A stretch of 64,000 bases of DNA from Anaeramoeba ignava BMAN (Eukaryota; Protista; Anaeramoebae): assembly GCA_028826165.1 (NCBI GenBank), contig JAPDFW010000059.1, positions 186,001 to 250,000 of the forward strand, in the 5' to 3' direction. The notes beneath the pieces are model-generated. The model ran no database searches. It was not told the origin of the DNA and worked only from the letters and a program-made list of their open reading frames with translations. How positions within the stretch are numbered: the stretch's first letter is position 1; each line of letters begins with the position of its first letter. The translations under genes and the position numbers were made by a program. Below, in pieces: positions 36,752 to 48,520 of this stretch.

Positions 36752-38512
36752 TTAATTTGAATTTTGATTTTGATTATTAAATTTGTTAATTAATAAATCC
36801 AATAAATTTGGATATGTTTGATTTAATTGAAAATAATCAATTCCAATTTCAATTTCATTAATGATTTCTTGTGTAATTTGAATATCATCTTTGATTTGAT
36901 TTGAATAAATCCAATATTCTAATATTTGAAATGATTCTTCACTTAATTTACTATAATCTGTAACTTTATTAGATTTATCTTTTGTTACAGATAAAAACAT
37001 TTCTCGATATAATTCACTTCTCATTATTAATATTAATTTTGGAAATTTATATTGTTTTTCTTTTCTTTCAATTATAAAATCTTTTTCATTTTCAAAATCA
37101 AATAATTCTTTCATTTTTTCTTCTATTAATCCAAATAAATTAAATTCAATTTCAATTTCTTCATATAATTTTGGATTTATTATTCTGTTTGAATAAATCA
37201 TTTCAAATATTTGATTTGATTCTTTAGTTGATTTTGTTGAAATAATTTCTTTAAGGTTTTCAATTTGATCGTCTTGGCCAATTATTGTTTGTAATATTAA
37301 TTTATGAGCTGAAATTATATCTCCATTTTCTGTTTTAAATGAAATATTACAAAATTCTTTTCTTCTAAATAATTTTATCAAATCTTCTTCAAGATTGGAA
37401 AAAGGAGGAGGAGAATAATAAAGAAAGGATTTTCCATCTCCACAAAGAATATGATAATTGGAAATTTCTTCATTAAATCTTAATTCAGGGAGTTTAATTT
37501 GAATTGGATTTAATTGATATTCTGTATCTCCAGTTCCTAATTCACCATAAAAATTATATCCAAATACCACCATTTTCCCTTTTTCTGTTAAAATCAAACT
37601 ATGAGAGAAGCCAATAGAAATTTCAATAATATAACCATCATTTTCAAATAAAGATGATTTTATTTCAGTAAATTCATAAGTATTTTCATTTTTGCCAAGT
37701 CCATTTAATTCATAATTTCCACATGAATAAAGTTTTCTGTTTTCATTTTCATCTTCAATCAACATTATTGAATGAGAATATCCACATTGAATATCAATTA
37801 TTTCACCTTTTGGAATATTTTGAATTTGTATTAATTTTTGGATATTTGTTTCTTCTTTTGTTGATTCTCCTAACCCAAGTTGACCATATTCATTATCACC
37901 GCATACAAATAATTCTTGATTTGAATTTAAAAGAAAAACATGAAACGAACAATTTCCTGAAAATATTTTAGAAACATTTTTCATCATTAAAATTGGTTTT
38001 TCTGTTTCTTTAAGTGTTTCACAATCAAAACCAAGTTGACCATTATGATTTGAACCAATTCCATAAGCATTTTGATTTGAAGTTAATAAATAAATTGAAT
38101 TAGCTCCAGAAACAATATCTTCAATTATTCTATCATTTGTATCTTCAATTAATGATGAAATATTGATAAATTCTTTTGGATTTTTTGAATTAATATCATT
38201 TCCTTTGGCAAATACATTTCCTTCTTTTGTTAAAATAGCTTCATTTTGATAACCAACAGTTACTTTTTGAATATTTTCTTCAATTTGGATTTTTTCATGA
38301 TTTTGATTTGAATCTTCTTCATTTAAATATTCTATTGCTTTTCCATTTTTAAAAAGGAAAATTGTTCCTAAGTTTCCTGATGAAATTTGTTTAATTTGTT
38401 TAATTTGTTTTTCATTTTCAAATTTAAATTGAATTGGTTTTTTTATTCTATCTGGTTTATTTTGGATAAGTTTTGGTTTTTGATTTAAACCAAAAAATAT
38501 AATTTCATTCAT
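36752..38512 (-). CDS. RCC1-repeat + BTB protein, copy 1
   Basis: GSNHNGQLG, GDNEYGQLGLG and IQCGYSHS repeats; BTB motifs FCNISF...AHKLIL and LIMRSELYREMF. Confidence 0.9.
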   Translation of the reverse strand: MNEIIFFGLNQKPKLIQNKPDRIKKPIQFKFENEKQIKQIKQISSGNLGTIFLFKNGKAIEYLNEEDSNQNHEKIQIEENIQKVTVGYQNEAILTKEGNVFAKGNDINSKNPKEFINISSLIEDTNDRIIEDIVSGANSIYLLTSNQNAYGIGSNHNGQLGFDCETLKETEKPILMMKNVSKIFSGNCSFHVFLLNSNQELFVCGDNEYGQLGLGESTKEETNIQKLIQIQNIPKGEIIDIQCGYSHSIMLIEDENENRKLYSCGNYELNGLGKNENTYEFTEIKSSLFENDGYIIEISIGFSHSLILTEKGKMVVFGYNFYGELGTGDTEYQLNPIQIKLPELRFNEEISNYHILCGDGKSFLYYSPPPFSNLEEDLIKLFRRKEFCNISFKTENGDIISAHKLILQTIIGQDDQIENLKEIISTKSTKESNQIFEMIYSNRIINPKLYEEIEIEFNLFGLIEEKMKELFDFENEKDFIIERKEKQYKFPKLILIMRSELYREMFLSVTKDKSNKVTDYSKLSEESFQILEYWIYSNQIKDDIQITQEIINEIEIGIDYFQLNQTYPNLLDLLINKFNNQNQNSN

Positions 38513-38568
38513 TTTTGAAAAGAAAAAAATGAAAAATGATTTTTGTAATTTTAATTTTAATTTTAATT

Positions 38569-40335
38569 TTAATTTTGATTTTGATTTTGATTATTAAATT
38601 TGTTAATTAATAAATCAAATAAATTTGGATTTGTTTGATTTAATTGAAAATAATCAATTCCAATTTCTAGTTCATTAATAATTTCTTGTGTAATTTTAAT
38701 TTCATCTTTAATTTGATTTGAATAAATCCAATATTCAAATATTTGAAATGATTTATTACTTAATTCACTATAATCTGTAACTTTATTAGATTTATCTTTT
38801 GTTACAGATAAAAACATTCCTCGATATAATTCACTTCTCATTATTAATATTAATTTAGGAAATTTATATTGTTTTTCTTTTCTTTCAATAATAAAATCTT
38901 TTTCATTTTCATTTTCATTTAAATAAATTCTTTTCATTGTTTCTTCAATTTTTTCATTTGAATTTATAATTTCTTTAATTTCACAATATAATTTTGGATT
39001 TATTTTGGAATTGTTTGAATAAATCATTTCAAATATTTGATTTGATTCTTTAACTGATTTGTTTGAAATAATTTCTTTAAGTTTTTCAATTTGATTTTCA
39101 TTTTGATTTAATCTATATTTCAATATTAATTTATGAGCTTCAATTATTTCTCCATTTTTTGTTTTAAATGAAATATCACAAAATTCTTTTCTTCTAAATA
39201 ATTTTATCAAATCTTCTTCAAGATTGGAAAAAGAAGGAGGAGAATAATAAAGAAATGATTTCCCATCTCCACAAAGAATATGATAATTGGAAATTTCTTC
39301 ATTAAATCTTAATTCAGGGAGTTTAATTTGAATTGGAGTTAATTGATATTCTGTATCTCCAGTTCCTAATTCACCATATTCATTATATCCAAATCCTATT
39401 AATTTTGAATTGGATGTTAAAATCAAAGTATGGAAATTTCCAACAGAAAATTCAAGAATATCATCATCATTTTCAAATAAAGATGATTTGATTTCAGTAA
39501 ATTCATAAGTATCTTCATCTTTCCCAAGTCCATTAAATCTGTTGTGACCACATGAATAAAGTTTTCTTTTTGCTTTAAATTCAATCAACATTATTGAATG
39601 AAAACCTCCAGTTTGAATATCAATTATTTCACCTTTTGGAATATTTTGGATTTTGGTTAAATTTTGGATCAGTTTTGTTTTTCTTCTTATTGGATCATCA
39701 AGTCCAAATTTTCCATATTCATTATATCCATATACAAATAATTCTTGATTTGAATTTAAAAGAAAAACATGATTTGAAGTATCTCTTGAAAATATTTTAG
39801 AAACATTTTTCATCATTAAAATTGGTTTTTGTGTTAAAATCCTTTTTGGGTTTAATTGATTGAAAAGGTTTGAACCAATTCCATAAACATTTTGATTTGA
39901 AGTTAATAAGTAAATTGACCTGTATCCAGAAACAACATCTTGAATTATTCTATCATTTTTATCTTCAATTAATGATGAAATATTTGTAAATTCTTTTGTA
40001 TTATTTGGATTAATATCTTCTCCTTTGGCAAATACATTTCCTTCTATTGTTAAAATCACCTCAATAAATAAACCAGTTAAAGATACTTTTTGAATATTTT
40101 CAAATTGAATTTTTTTAGGATTTTGATTCGAATTTTTTAGATATTCTATTGCTTTTCCATTTTTAAAAAGGAAAATTGTTCTAAAATCACTTGATGAAAT
40201 GTGTTTAATTTGTTTTTCATTTTCATTTTCATTTTCAAATTCAAATTTAAATTGAATTGGTTTTGTTATTTCATTTGGTTCATTTTTGATTAGTTTTGGA
40301 TTTTTATTTTGACCAAAAAATAAACAATCATTCAT
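38569..40335 (-). CDS. RCC1-repeat + BTB protein, copy 2 (tandem paralog)
   Basis: Colinear with copy 1 and carries the same motifs. Confidence 0.9.
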   Translation of the reverse strand: MNDCLFFGQNKNPKLIKNEPNEITKPIQFKFEFENENENEKQIKHISSSDFRTIFLFKNGKAIEYLKNSNQNPKKIQFENIQKVSLTGLFIEVILTIEGNVFAKGEDINPNNTKEFTNISSLIEDKNDRIIQDVVSGYRSIYLLTSNQNVYGIGSNLFNQLNPKRILTQKPILMMKNVSKIFSRDTSNHVFLLNSNQELFVYGYNEYGKFGLDDPIRRKTKLIQNLTKIQNIPKGEIIDIQTGGFHSIMLIEFKAKRKLYSCGHNRFNGLGKDEDTYEFTEIKSSLFENDDDILEFSVGNFHTLILTSNSKLIGFGYNEYGELGTGDTEYQLTPIQIKLPELRFNEEISNYHILCGDGKSFLYYSPPSFSNLEEDLIKLFRRKEFCDISFKTKNGEIIEAHKLILKYRLNQNENQIEKLKEIISNKSVKESNQIFEMIYSNNSKINPKLYCEIKEIINSNEKIEETMKRIYLNENENEKDFIIERKEKQYKFPKLILIMRSELYRGMFLSVTKDKSNKVTDYSELSNKSFQIFEYWIYSNQIKDEIKITQEIINELEIGIDYFQLNQTNPNLFDLLINKFNNQNQNQN

Positions 40336-40426
40336 TTTCTTTTTTTTTTGTTTTGAAAAGAAAAAAAATGAAAAAATAAATTTTTTTAATTTTAGTTTTG
40401 ATTAATTTTTTATTTCCAATTTTAAT

Positions 40427-43084
40427 TCAAATATCCAAATCATTTCCAATTCCATTTCCTTCTGATTCTTTCTCAATTTTTGCTTGTCGAAAACGATTTC
40501 GGAATTTTTTGAGAAAAACAAAAATTACAATAGCAAATCCAATTACGAAAAGAGGAACAACTGAAGAAATCACAATTATTGTTGTAGAAGGATCATCATC
40601 AGTTGATTCAGTTGGAGGTAATAAAGTTTTAATTAAAATGGATGTAGGGATTCCTGAGTATTGATTGAAAGAACAATTTTCACTAGCAGAAGCAAATATT
40701 GAAATTTGATAAATTTGTCCTCCATAAAGATGCAAACTTGAATAATTTGTTATTGATTTTGGGATGCAAACTGAAGTTGAATTATAAGCCAACGAATATG
40801 CACTCAATCCTGTTGATAAATTTAAGGGATTCCAAGTGCATTCAAATCCACATTTTATCGCTTTGCAATTGAATGAAGTGATATTTCCTAATTTTACTTT
40901 GACTGGAATTGTTGTGCTTATGAGGCCTAAATATCCAGTTTCACAACTCAAATCTGCGCATGCTCTAATAGAAATCTGATATTCAACATTTCCTGAAAGA
41001 TGAGTGAATTCTCCAATCACTTGATTTTCGTTTGACTCGATATTTGAGAAATTTTCCCATTTTGTTCCATTATCAATTGATATTGCATAATTTTTTGCTT
41101 CTAAAACTTTTGTGAAATTCAGTTCAATTTCTTCCACTTCTGTGATTTTCTCCAGAATTTCAGGAGCTGACAAATTCCCTGTTTTGATTGAAACAGAAAC
41201 ACTTTTTCCACATGCATAATCTGAATTGCATGCTGAAATATTGATTTGATATTCTTGATTTGGCATATCCACTGTAATTGATTTATTTGTGGAATTTGTT
41301 TGATAATTTCCTGGATCATCTTGAGAAATTGCTTGATAGGTTAAATTATAATAAGAAGGCAAAGAAGAACAGTTGCTTGGAGAATCCCAAGAACAAGAAA
41401 TCAGCAGAGCATTTGATATTATGCATTTCAGAGAAGATATTTGTTCAAAAATTGTTTGCGTTAAGAAGCTTGTGATTTTTCCTTGATCATCCCCTTCACA
41501 TAATAATGTTCTACAAGCCCATATTGAGATGTTATAATAAGTTCCACATTCCAAATCATCCAAAATGTAAGAATTTGAAGAGTTTGAAATTGAGATATTT
41601 GTTGTTTCTTGGCTTGATTGATTTTGGAAAGAAATTACATAATGATCCAGATTAGGAATTCCTTCAGTAACTGGAACATCTGGATGATCCCAGAAAAGAG
41701 ACATAGAATCGTTTGTTGGGATGAATTGAAAATTCTTGATCGAGTCAATTTTGGTCGTCAAATTGAATGCAAGAGATTGATTTCCACATTCAAACGATAA
41801 AGGATCGCAAGCCTTGATTTGGATTGAATAGTCATAATTACCAGTAATATTTGAATACAATGAAGAGTTGAATTGCTGATACAAAATGTTTTCCTCTTTC
41901 AGAATTGGAGATTCGATCTCTTCCCAGCCAAATCCGTAATTGATTTGATACTCAAGAAGGATCGGATAATCAATGTAATCCCAATAGCAATCAAAAGAAG
42001 CAAAAGAAGATGAGCAATTTGTTAAGTTGACTTGAGGAGGCGAGACAACTTTATAAATAAAAGCTTCATTTGAATAAGGAGCGCCAACAATCACAAAAGT
42101 GTTATCCAGAGAAATTGAGACACTGTATCCAAAATAGCTTGAATTTTCAGATAGATTCAATTCAAGATGCCAATCACTTCCGTTGTATCTATAAATGCGA
42201 GCTTGATTTCCATTGCAAGCTCCAACAACAACAACATTTTCTGAATTTGAAACACTTGATCCAAAAGTGGAAGAATTTGAGCCGTTCAAAATTTTATTCA
42301 GATTCCAATCACTTCCGTTATGTTGATAAATGAAGGCCTGATTTGAATCAGAAGCTCCAACAACAACAAAATTGCCATAAACCGAAACACTTGATCCGAA
42401 ATATTCAGAATTTTCAGACAAATTTGATTCCAGATTCCAATCACTTCCGTTATATCGATAAATGGTTGTTTCATTTGCCAAATCGGAAGAGCCAACAACA
42501 ATCACATCCTGATAAATCGCAACACTAAAGCCAAAAGTTGAGGAAAGTTGAGTCAAATTGCACTCAAGATCCCAATCACTTCCATTATATCGATAGATAG
42601 AGACTTGGTTTGCCAAATTTGCCCCAACAACAGTTACATTTCCTGAGATTGCCACACTCCATCCGAATTGAGATCCTGAAGCGCCTTCCAAAGTTGACTC
42701 CAAATTCCAATCAGTTGCATTCTTCCGATAAATAAATACTTGATTTGAATAAGGAGAGCCAACAACAACCACTTTTTCAAACATTGAAACACTTGATCCA
42801 AAATAAGAAGAAGTTGAACCATCCAAAATTTTTTGCATATTGAAAATTGATCCATTATTTTGATAAATAAAAGCATCATCTTCTCCACCATCCCCAACAA
42901 CAGCTAGTTCTTCGGAAATCACCACATTGTATCCAAAATTGCTTGAAGATGTTGTTGGTGTCAATTTATCAATTAATTCCCATTGGAAAACTGGTGATTT
43001 CGTATTCTTTGTTTCTTCAGTTATTTGAATTAAAGCTAAAATTATATTGAAAATTATTATCACTATTTTCATTTTCATTTTCAT
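40427..43084 (-). CDS. FG-GAP propeller + fibronectin-III type I membrane protein
   Basis: 885 aa: signal peptide, about seven FG.SV....VVVGA repeats, Cys-containing FN3-like repeats, TM segment, short basic tail. Confidence 0.88.
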   Translation of the reverse strand: MKMKMKIVIIIFNIILALIQITEETKNTKSPVFQWELIDKLTPTTSSSNFGYNVVISEELAVVGDGGEDDAFIYQNNGSIFNMQKILDGSTSSYFGSSVSMFEKVVVVGSPYSNQVFIYRKNATDWNLESTLEGASGSQFGWSVAISGNVTVVGANLANQVSIYRYNGSDWDLECNLTQLSSTFGFSVAIYQDVIVVGSSDLANETTIYRYNGSDWNLESNLSENSEYFGSSVSVYGNFVVVGASDSNQAFIYQHNGSDWNLNKILNGSNSSTFGSSVSNSENVVVVGACNGNQARIYRYNGSDWHLELNLSENSSYFGYSVSISLDNTFVIVGAPYSNEAFIYKVVSPPQVNLTNCSSSFASFDCYWDYIDYPILLEYQINYGFGWEEIESPILKEENILYQQFNSSLYSNITGNYDYSIQIKACDPLSFECGNQSLAFNLTTKIDSIKNFQFIPTNDSMSLFWDHPDVPVTEGIPNLDHYVISFQNQSSQETTNISISNSSNSYILDDLECGTYYNISIWACRTLLCEGDDQGKITSFLTQTIFEQISSLKCIISNALLISCSWDSPSNCSSLPSYYNLTYQAISQDDPGNYQTNSTNKSITVDMPNQEYQINISACNSDYACGKSVSVSIKTGNLSAPEILEKITEVEEIELNFTKVLEAKNYAISIDNGTKWENFSNIESNENQVIGEFTHLSGNVEYQISIRACADLSCETGYLGLISTTIPVKVKLGNITSFNCKAIKCGFECTWNPLNLSTGLSAYSLAYNSTSVCIPKSITNYSSLHLYGGQIYQISIFASASENCSFNQYSGIPTSILIKTLLPPTESTDDDPSTTIIVISSVVPLFVIGFAIVIFVFLKKFRNRFRQAKIEKESEGNGIGNDLDI

Positions 43085-43739
43085 TTCCTTTTTTTTTTTT
43101 AATCAGTTTTTAAGTTTTTAATTTATTTTTTTTTTTGAATAAGGAAAAAAAATTTTGATTTTGTTTTTATTGTAAAAAAAATGAAATTAAAAAATAACAC
43201 AACTCAGTTTTTTTTTTTTGTTTAGAAAATTATAAAAGAAAAAGAAAAAAGAAAAATGAAAAATGATCTTTAATAATTATTCATTATTATTAATTTTTTG
43301 TTTTTTATTGTTTTTTTATTTTATTTTTTGATGAAAGGAAAAAGAAAAAAAGAAGAAAAATCAACAAAAAAAATTTTTTTTTAAAAATAAAACAAAATTA
43401 AATAAATTTTAAAAAAGCAAATATAGTCAACATTGATAATTTAAATTATTTTAATTAAAATGAAAAGAAAACAATAATTTTTTTTTATTTTGATCGTTTC
43501 AAAAAATGGTTAATTGGTCAAAACAAAAAAAAAGAAGAAATGGCAAATAAAACCTTAACTTAATATTAATTTATTTATTAATTTAATATTATAATTTAAT
43601 TGAATTTTTTTTTTTGATGACTAAAGAATTTCTAATCAAAAATTTTTCATAGTTTTGTTTTTTAATTTTTTTTGGAATTTTGATATTTTAGAAAATTAGA
43701 CAACTTTTTCCTTTCTTTTTTGATTCAAAATGTTCTAAT

Positions 43740-45239
43740 TGATTTAATATTTATTTATTGATTTAATATTTATTTATTTATTAATTTAATATTTATTTTA
43801 TTTGATATTTATTTATTGATTTGATATTTATTTATTTATTTAATATTTATTTATTGATTTAATATTTATTTATTGATTTGATATTTATTTATTGATTTGA
43901 TATTTATTTATTGATTTATTTATATAATATTTATTGATTTAATATTTATTTATTGATTTATTATTTATTTATTTGATTTAATATTTATTTATTGATTTAA
44001 TATTTACTTATTTATTTAATATTTATTTATTTATTTAATATTTATTTATTTTCCAATTTATTTTAGATATTTTAATATTTATTTATTGATTTAATATTTA
44101 TTTATTGATTTAATATTTATTTATTTTCCAATTTAATCTATTTTAGATATTTTAATATTTATTGATTTAATATTTATTTAATTGATTTAATATTTATTTA
44201 TTGATTTAATATTTATTTATTTTGATTTTATTTATTTATTTATTTTTATTGATTTAATATTTATTTATTTGATTTAATATTTATTTATTTATTATTTATT
44301 TGATTTAATATTTATTTATTGATTTGATATTTATTTATTGATTTAATATTTATTTATTTATTTATTTAATATTTATTTATTTATTTATTTAATATTTATT
44401 GATTTATTGATTTGATATTTATTTATTGATTTGATATTTATTTATTGATTTAATATTTATTTATTGATTTAATATTTATTTATTTATTTATTTAATATTT
44501 ATTTATTGATTTATTTATTTATTGATTTGATATTTATTTATTTGATTTAATATTTATTTATTTAATATTTATTTATTTATTTAATATTTATTTATTTGAT
44601 TTAATATTTATTTATTTATTTATTTTAATTGATTTAATATTTATTTATTGATTTAATATTTATTTATTTATTTAATATTTATTTATTGATTTAATATTTA
44701 TTTATTAATTAAATATTTATTTATTTATTTAATATTTATTTGATTTAATATTTATTTATTGATTTAATATTTATTTATTGATTTAATATTTATTTGATTT
44801 GATATTTATTTATTGATTTAATATTTATTTATTGATATTTATTTATTGATTTAATATTTATTTATTGATTTAATATTTATTTATTGATTTAATATTTATT
44901 TATTGATTTTAATATTTATTTATTGATTTAATATTTATTTAATTGATTTAATATTTATTTGATTTGATATTTATTTATTGATTTAATATTTATTGATTTA
45001 ATATTTATTTATTGATTTGATATTTATTTATTGATTTAATATTTATTTATTGATTTGATATTTATTTATTGATTTAATATTTATTTATTTATTTAATATT
45101 TATTTATTTATTTAATATTTATTTATTTATTTAATATTTATTTATTTATTTAATATTTATTTATTTGATTTAATATTTATTTATTGATTTAATATTTATT
45201 TATTGATTTTATTTTTTATTTATTTATTTTTTATTTATT

Positions 45240-45271
<32 letters not shown>

Positions 45272-45460
45272 TATTTATTTATTGATTTATTTATTTATTT
45301 ATTTAATATTTATTTATTTATTTAATATTTATTTATTGATTTAATATTTATTTATTGATTTAATATTTATTTATTTATTTATTTAATATTTATTTATTGA
45401 TTTAATATTTATTTATTTAATATTTATTTATTTATTTGATTTAATATTTATTTATTTGAA
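43740..45460. repeat. 19-bp (TTTATTGATTTAATATTTA)n minisatellite downstream of the Ras-BTB gene
   Basis: Visible array with the same unit as 46860-48520. Confidence 0.92.
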
Positions 45461-45542
45461 TTTTTTTTTTTGATGACTAAAGATTTCTAATCAAAAATTT
45501 TTCATAGTTTTGTTTTTTGATTTTTTTTGGAATTTTGATATT

Positions 45543-46754
45543 TTAGAAAATTAGACAACTTTTTCCTTTCTTTTTTGATTCAAAATGTTCTAATTGAGGT
45601 TGAAGAGATGATTTTGAATTTAATTGATAAAAATCTTCAGCATTTTTTAATTCTTGAATTGTTTCTAATGAAATATTTTCTTCAATAGTATCAGTATAAA
45701 AAAATTGAATTAATGTTTGGAAAGTTTTAAATTTGGAATTTGTATAATCTTTCACTTTTCCTGAATCATCCAAAACTTTATTAAACATTTCTCTATAAAC
45801 TTCACTTCTTAATGCTAAAATGATTTTATGAACTTTGATTTCTTTTTCTTGAATCATAATTGAAAAATCTTTACTTTCTTGATCTAAATAAAGTTTTTTC
45901 ATATCTTCAATTAGTTTTTCTCTTCCAATTTTAATTTCAATTCCTGTTTCTTTTGATAATTCTTGAATTTTTGAATTATTATATCTTTCCAAACCTGAAT
46001 AAATAAGTGATAAAAATTGAACAACATCTTTTTTTTCTTGATTTTTCAATTTCTCAAGTTTTGCTTCAAAATCATTTCCTATTCGATATTTCAATATTAA
46101 GGAATGCAAAGGAATTGGCTCTTCATTTTGACTATCAAATTCAAATGAAAAATCACTCAATTCTTTTCTTTCCAAAAATTGGATCATTTCTTGTTGAAAA
46201 GTTCTCAAAAATTCGAATAAATAATTATTAGTTCTCAAAACTTCCAAAGCAGCTTTCTCAAATAAACTATCAATATTCTCATTAGTTTTCGTGCTAACTT
46301 CAGTGAAATGCATTCCATATTGATATGCTAAGTCTTGGCCTTGTTTGAAAGGGATTTTTCTTTCATTTTCCAAATCCTTTTTATTTGCAACAAGGATTTT
46401 AGGAATTAATTCAAATTTTTCCATATCCTTAATCGAATTTTGGAAAGTTCCACATATAGAAGCAATTTCCTCAAAAGATTTTTCTGATTCAATTGAATAA
46501 ATGAAGAACACACAATCACTAGAAGGAGCATAATAAATTGGAAAATCTGATCCATAATGATCTTTAGAATATACTATTATTTCAAAAAATATGGTTCTAT
46601 CTTGAAAAACTGTTTTTTTTTGGAATGAAGAGGTGTTCATTCTGTTTGGTACTTCCAAAAAGGCATTATTACAAAATCTTAACGCAATACTTTGTCTTCC
46701 TGTGCCTTCTGTTCCAAATATTGAAATTCGAATTTTTTTACCATCTGTTTCCAT
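45543..46754 (-). CDS. Degenerate Ras-like GTPase fused to BTB domains, with C-terminal CaaX
   Basis: GTEGTGRQS (G1-like), ILVANKKDLE (G4), EVSTK (G5); BTB motif KVHKIILALRSEVYREMF; ends KKKGKSCLIF. Confidence 0.87.
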   Translation of the reverse strand: METDGKKIRISIFGTEGTGRQSIALRFCNNAFLEVPNRMNTSSFQKKTVFQDRTIFFEIIVYSKDHYGSDFPIYYAPSSDCVFFIYSIESEKSFEEIASICGTFQNSIKDMEKFELIPKILVANKKDLENERKIPFKQGQDLAYQYGMHFTEVSTKTNENIDSLFEKAALEVLRTNNYLFEFLRTFQQEMIQFLERKELSDFSFEFDSQNEEPIPLHSLILKYRIGNDFEAKLEKLKNQEKKDVVQFLSLIYSGLERYNNSKIQELSKETGIEIKIGREKLIEDMKKLYLDQESKDFSIMIQEKEIKVHKIILALRSEVYREMFNKVLDDSGKVKDYTNSKFKTFQTLIQFFYTDTIEENISLETIQELKNAEDFYQLNSKSSLQPQLEHFESKKKGKSCLIF

Positions 46755-46859
46755 TCCCTTTTCTTTATTTTCTTTATTGAATAAAATGAAAAAAAAATGA
46801 AAAAAATGAAAAAAATTTTTTAATTATTTTTTTTCCAATTTAATCTATTTTAGATATTT

Positions 46860-48520
46860 TAATATTTATTGATTTATTGATTTAATATTTATTTATTGAT
46901 TTAATATTTATTTGATTTAATATTTATTTATTGATTTAATATTTATTTATTGATTTGATATTTATTTATTGATTTAATATTTATTTATTGATTTAATATT
47001 TATTTGATTTAATATTTATTTATTTGATATTTATTTGATTTGATATTTATTTATTTATTTATTCAAAATGTTCTAATTGATTTAATATTTATTTATTTAT
47101 TTAATATTTATTTATTGATTTAATATTTATTTATTTAATTATTTATTTATTTGATTTAATATTTATTTATTGATTTAATATTTATTTATTGATTTGATAT
47201 TTATTTATTGATTTAATATTTATTTATTTGATTTGATATTGATTTATTGATTTGAAATTTATTTATTGATTTGATATTTATTTATTGATTTGATATTTAA
47301 TTGATTTAATATTTATTTATTTATTTATTTAATATTTATTTATTGATTTAATATTTATTTATTGATTTAATATTTATTTATTGATTTAATATTTATTTAT
47401 TGATTTGATATTTATTTATTAATTTAATATTTATTTATTGATTTAATATTTATTTATTGATTTAATATTTATTTATTGATTTGAAATTTATTTATTGATT
47501 TGATATTTATTTATTGATTTGATTTATTTGATATTTATTTATTGATTTAATATTTATTTATTTATTTAATATTTATTTATTGATTTAATATTTATTTATT
47601 GATTTAATATTTATTTATTGATTTAATATTTATTTATTGATTTAATATTTATTGATTTAATATTTATTTATTGATTTAATATTTATTTATTTAATATTTA
47701 TTTATTTAATATTTATTTATTGATTTGATATTTATTTATTGATTTAATATTTATTTATTGATTTGATATTTATCAATTGATTTAATATTTATTTATTGAT
47801 TTGATATTTATTTATTGATTTGATATTTATTTATTTATTTATTTGATATTTATTTATTTAATATTTATTTATTGATTTGATATTTATTGATTTAATATTT
47901 ATTTATTGATTTAATATTTATTTATTGATTTAATATTTATTTATTTATTTAATATTTATTTATTGATTTAATATTTATTTATTGATTTAATATTTATTTA
48001 TTGATTTAATATTTATTTATTGATTTAATATTTATTTATTTTCCAATTTAATCTATTTTAGATATTTTAATATTTATTGATTTATTTATTTATTGATTTA
48101 ATATTTATTTATTTATTGATTTAATATTTATTTATTGATTTAATATTTATTTATTGATTTAATATTTATTTATTGATTTAATATTTATTTATTGATTTAA
48201 TATTTATTTATTGATTTAATATTTATTTATTTTGATTTGATATTGATTTATTGATTTAATATTTATTGATTTAATATTTATTTATTTGATTTGATATTTA
48301 TTTATTGTATTTATTTATTGATTTAATATTTATTTATTGATTTGATATTTATTTATTTATTTAATATTTATTTATTGATTTAATATTTATTTATTGATTT
48401 GATATTTATTTATTGATTTAATATTTATTTATTGATTTAATATTTATTAATTGATTTATTATTTATTTATTTATTATTTATTGATTTGATATTTATTTAT
48501 TGATTTAATATTTATTTGTA
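46860..48520. repeat. 19-bp minisatellite upstream of the Ras-BTB gene
   Basis: G positions spaced 19 nt apart (48137, 48156, 48175, 48194). Confidence 0.92.
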
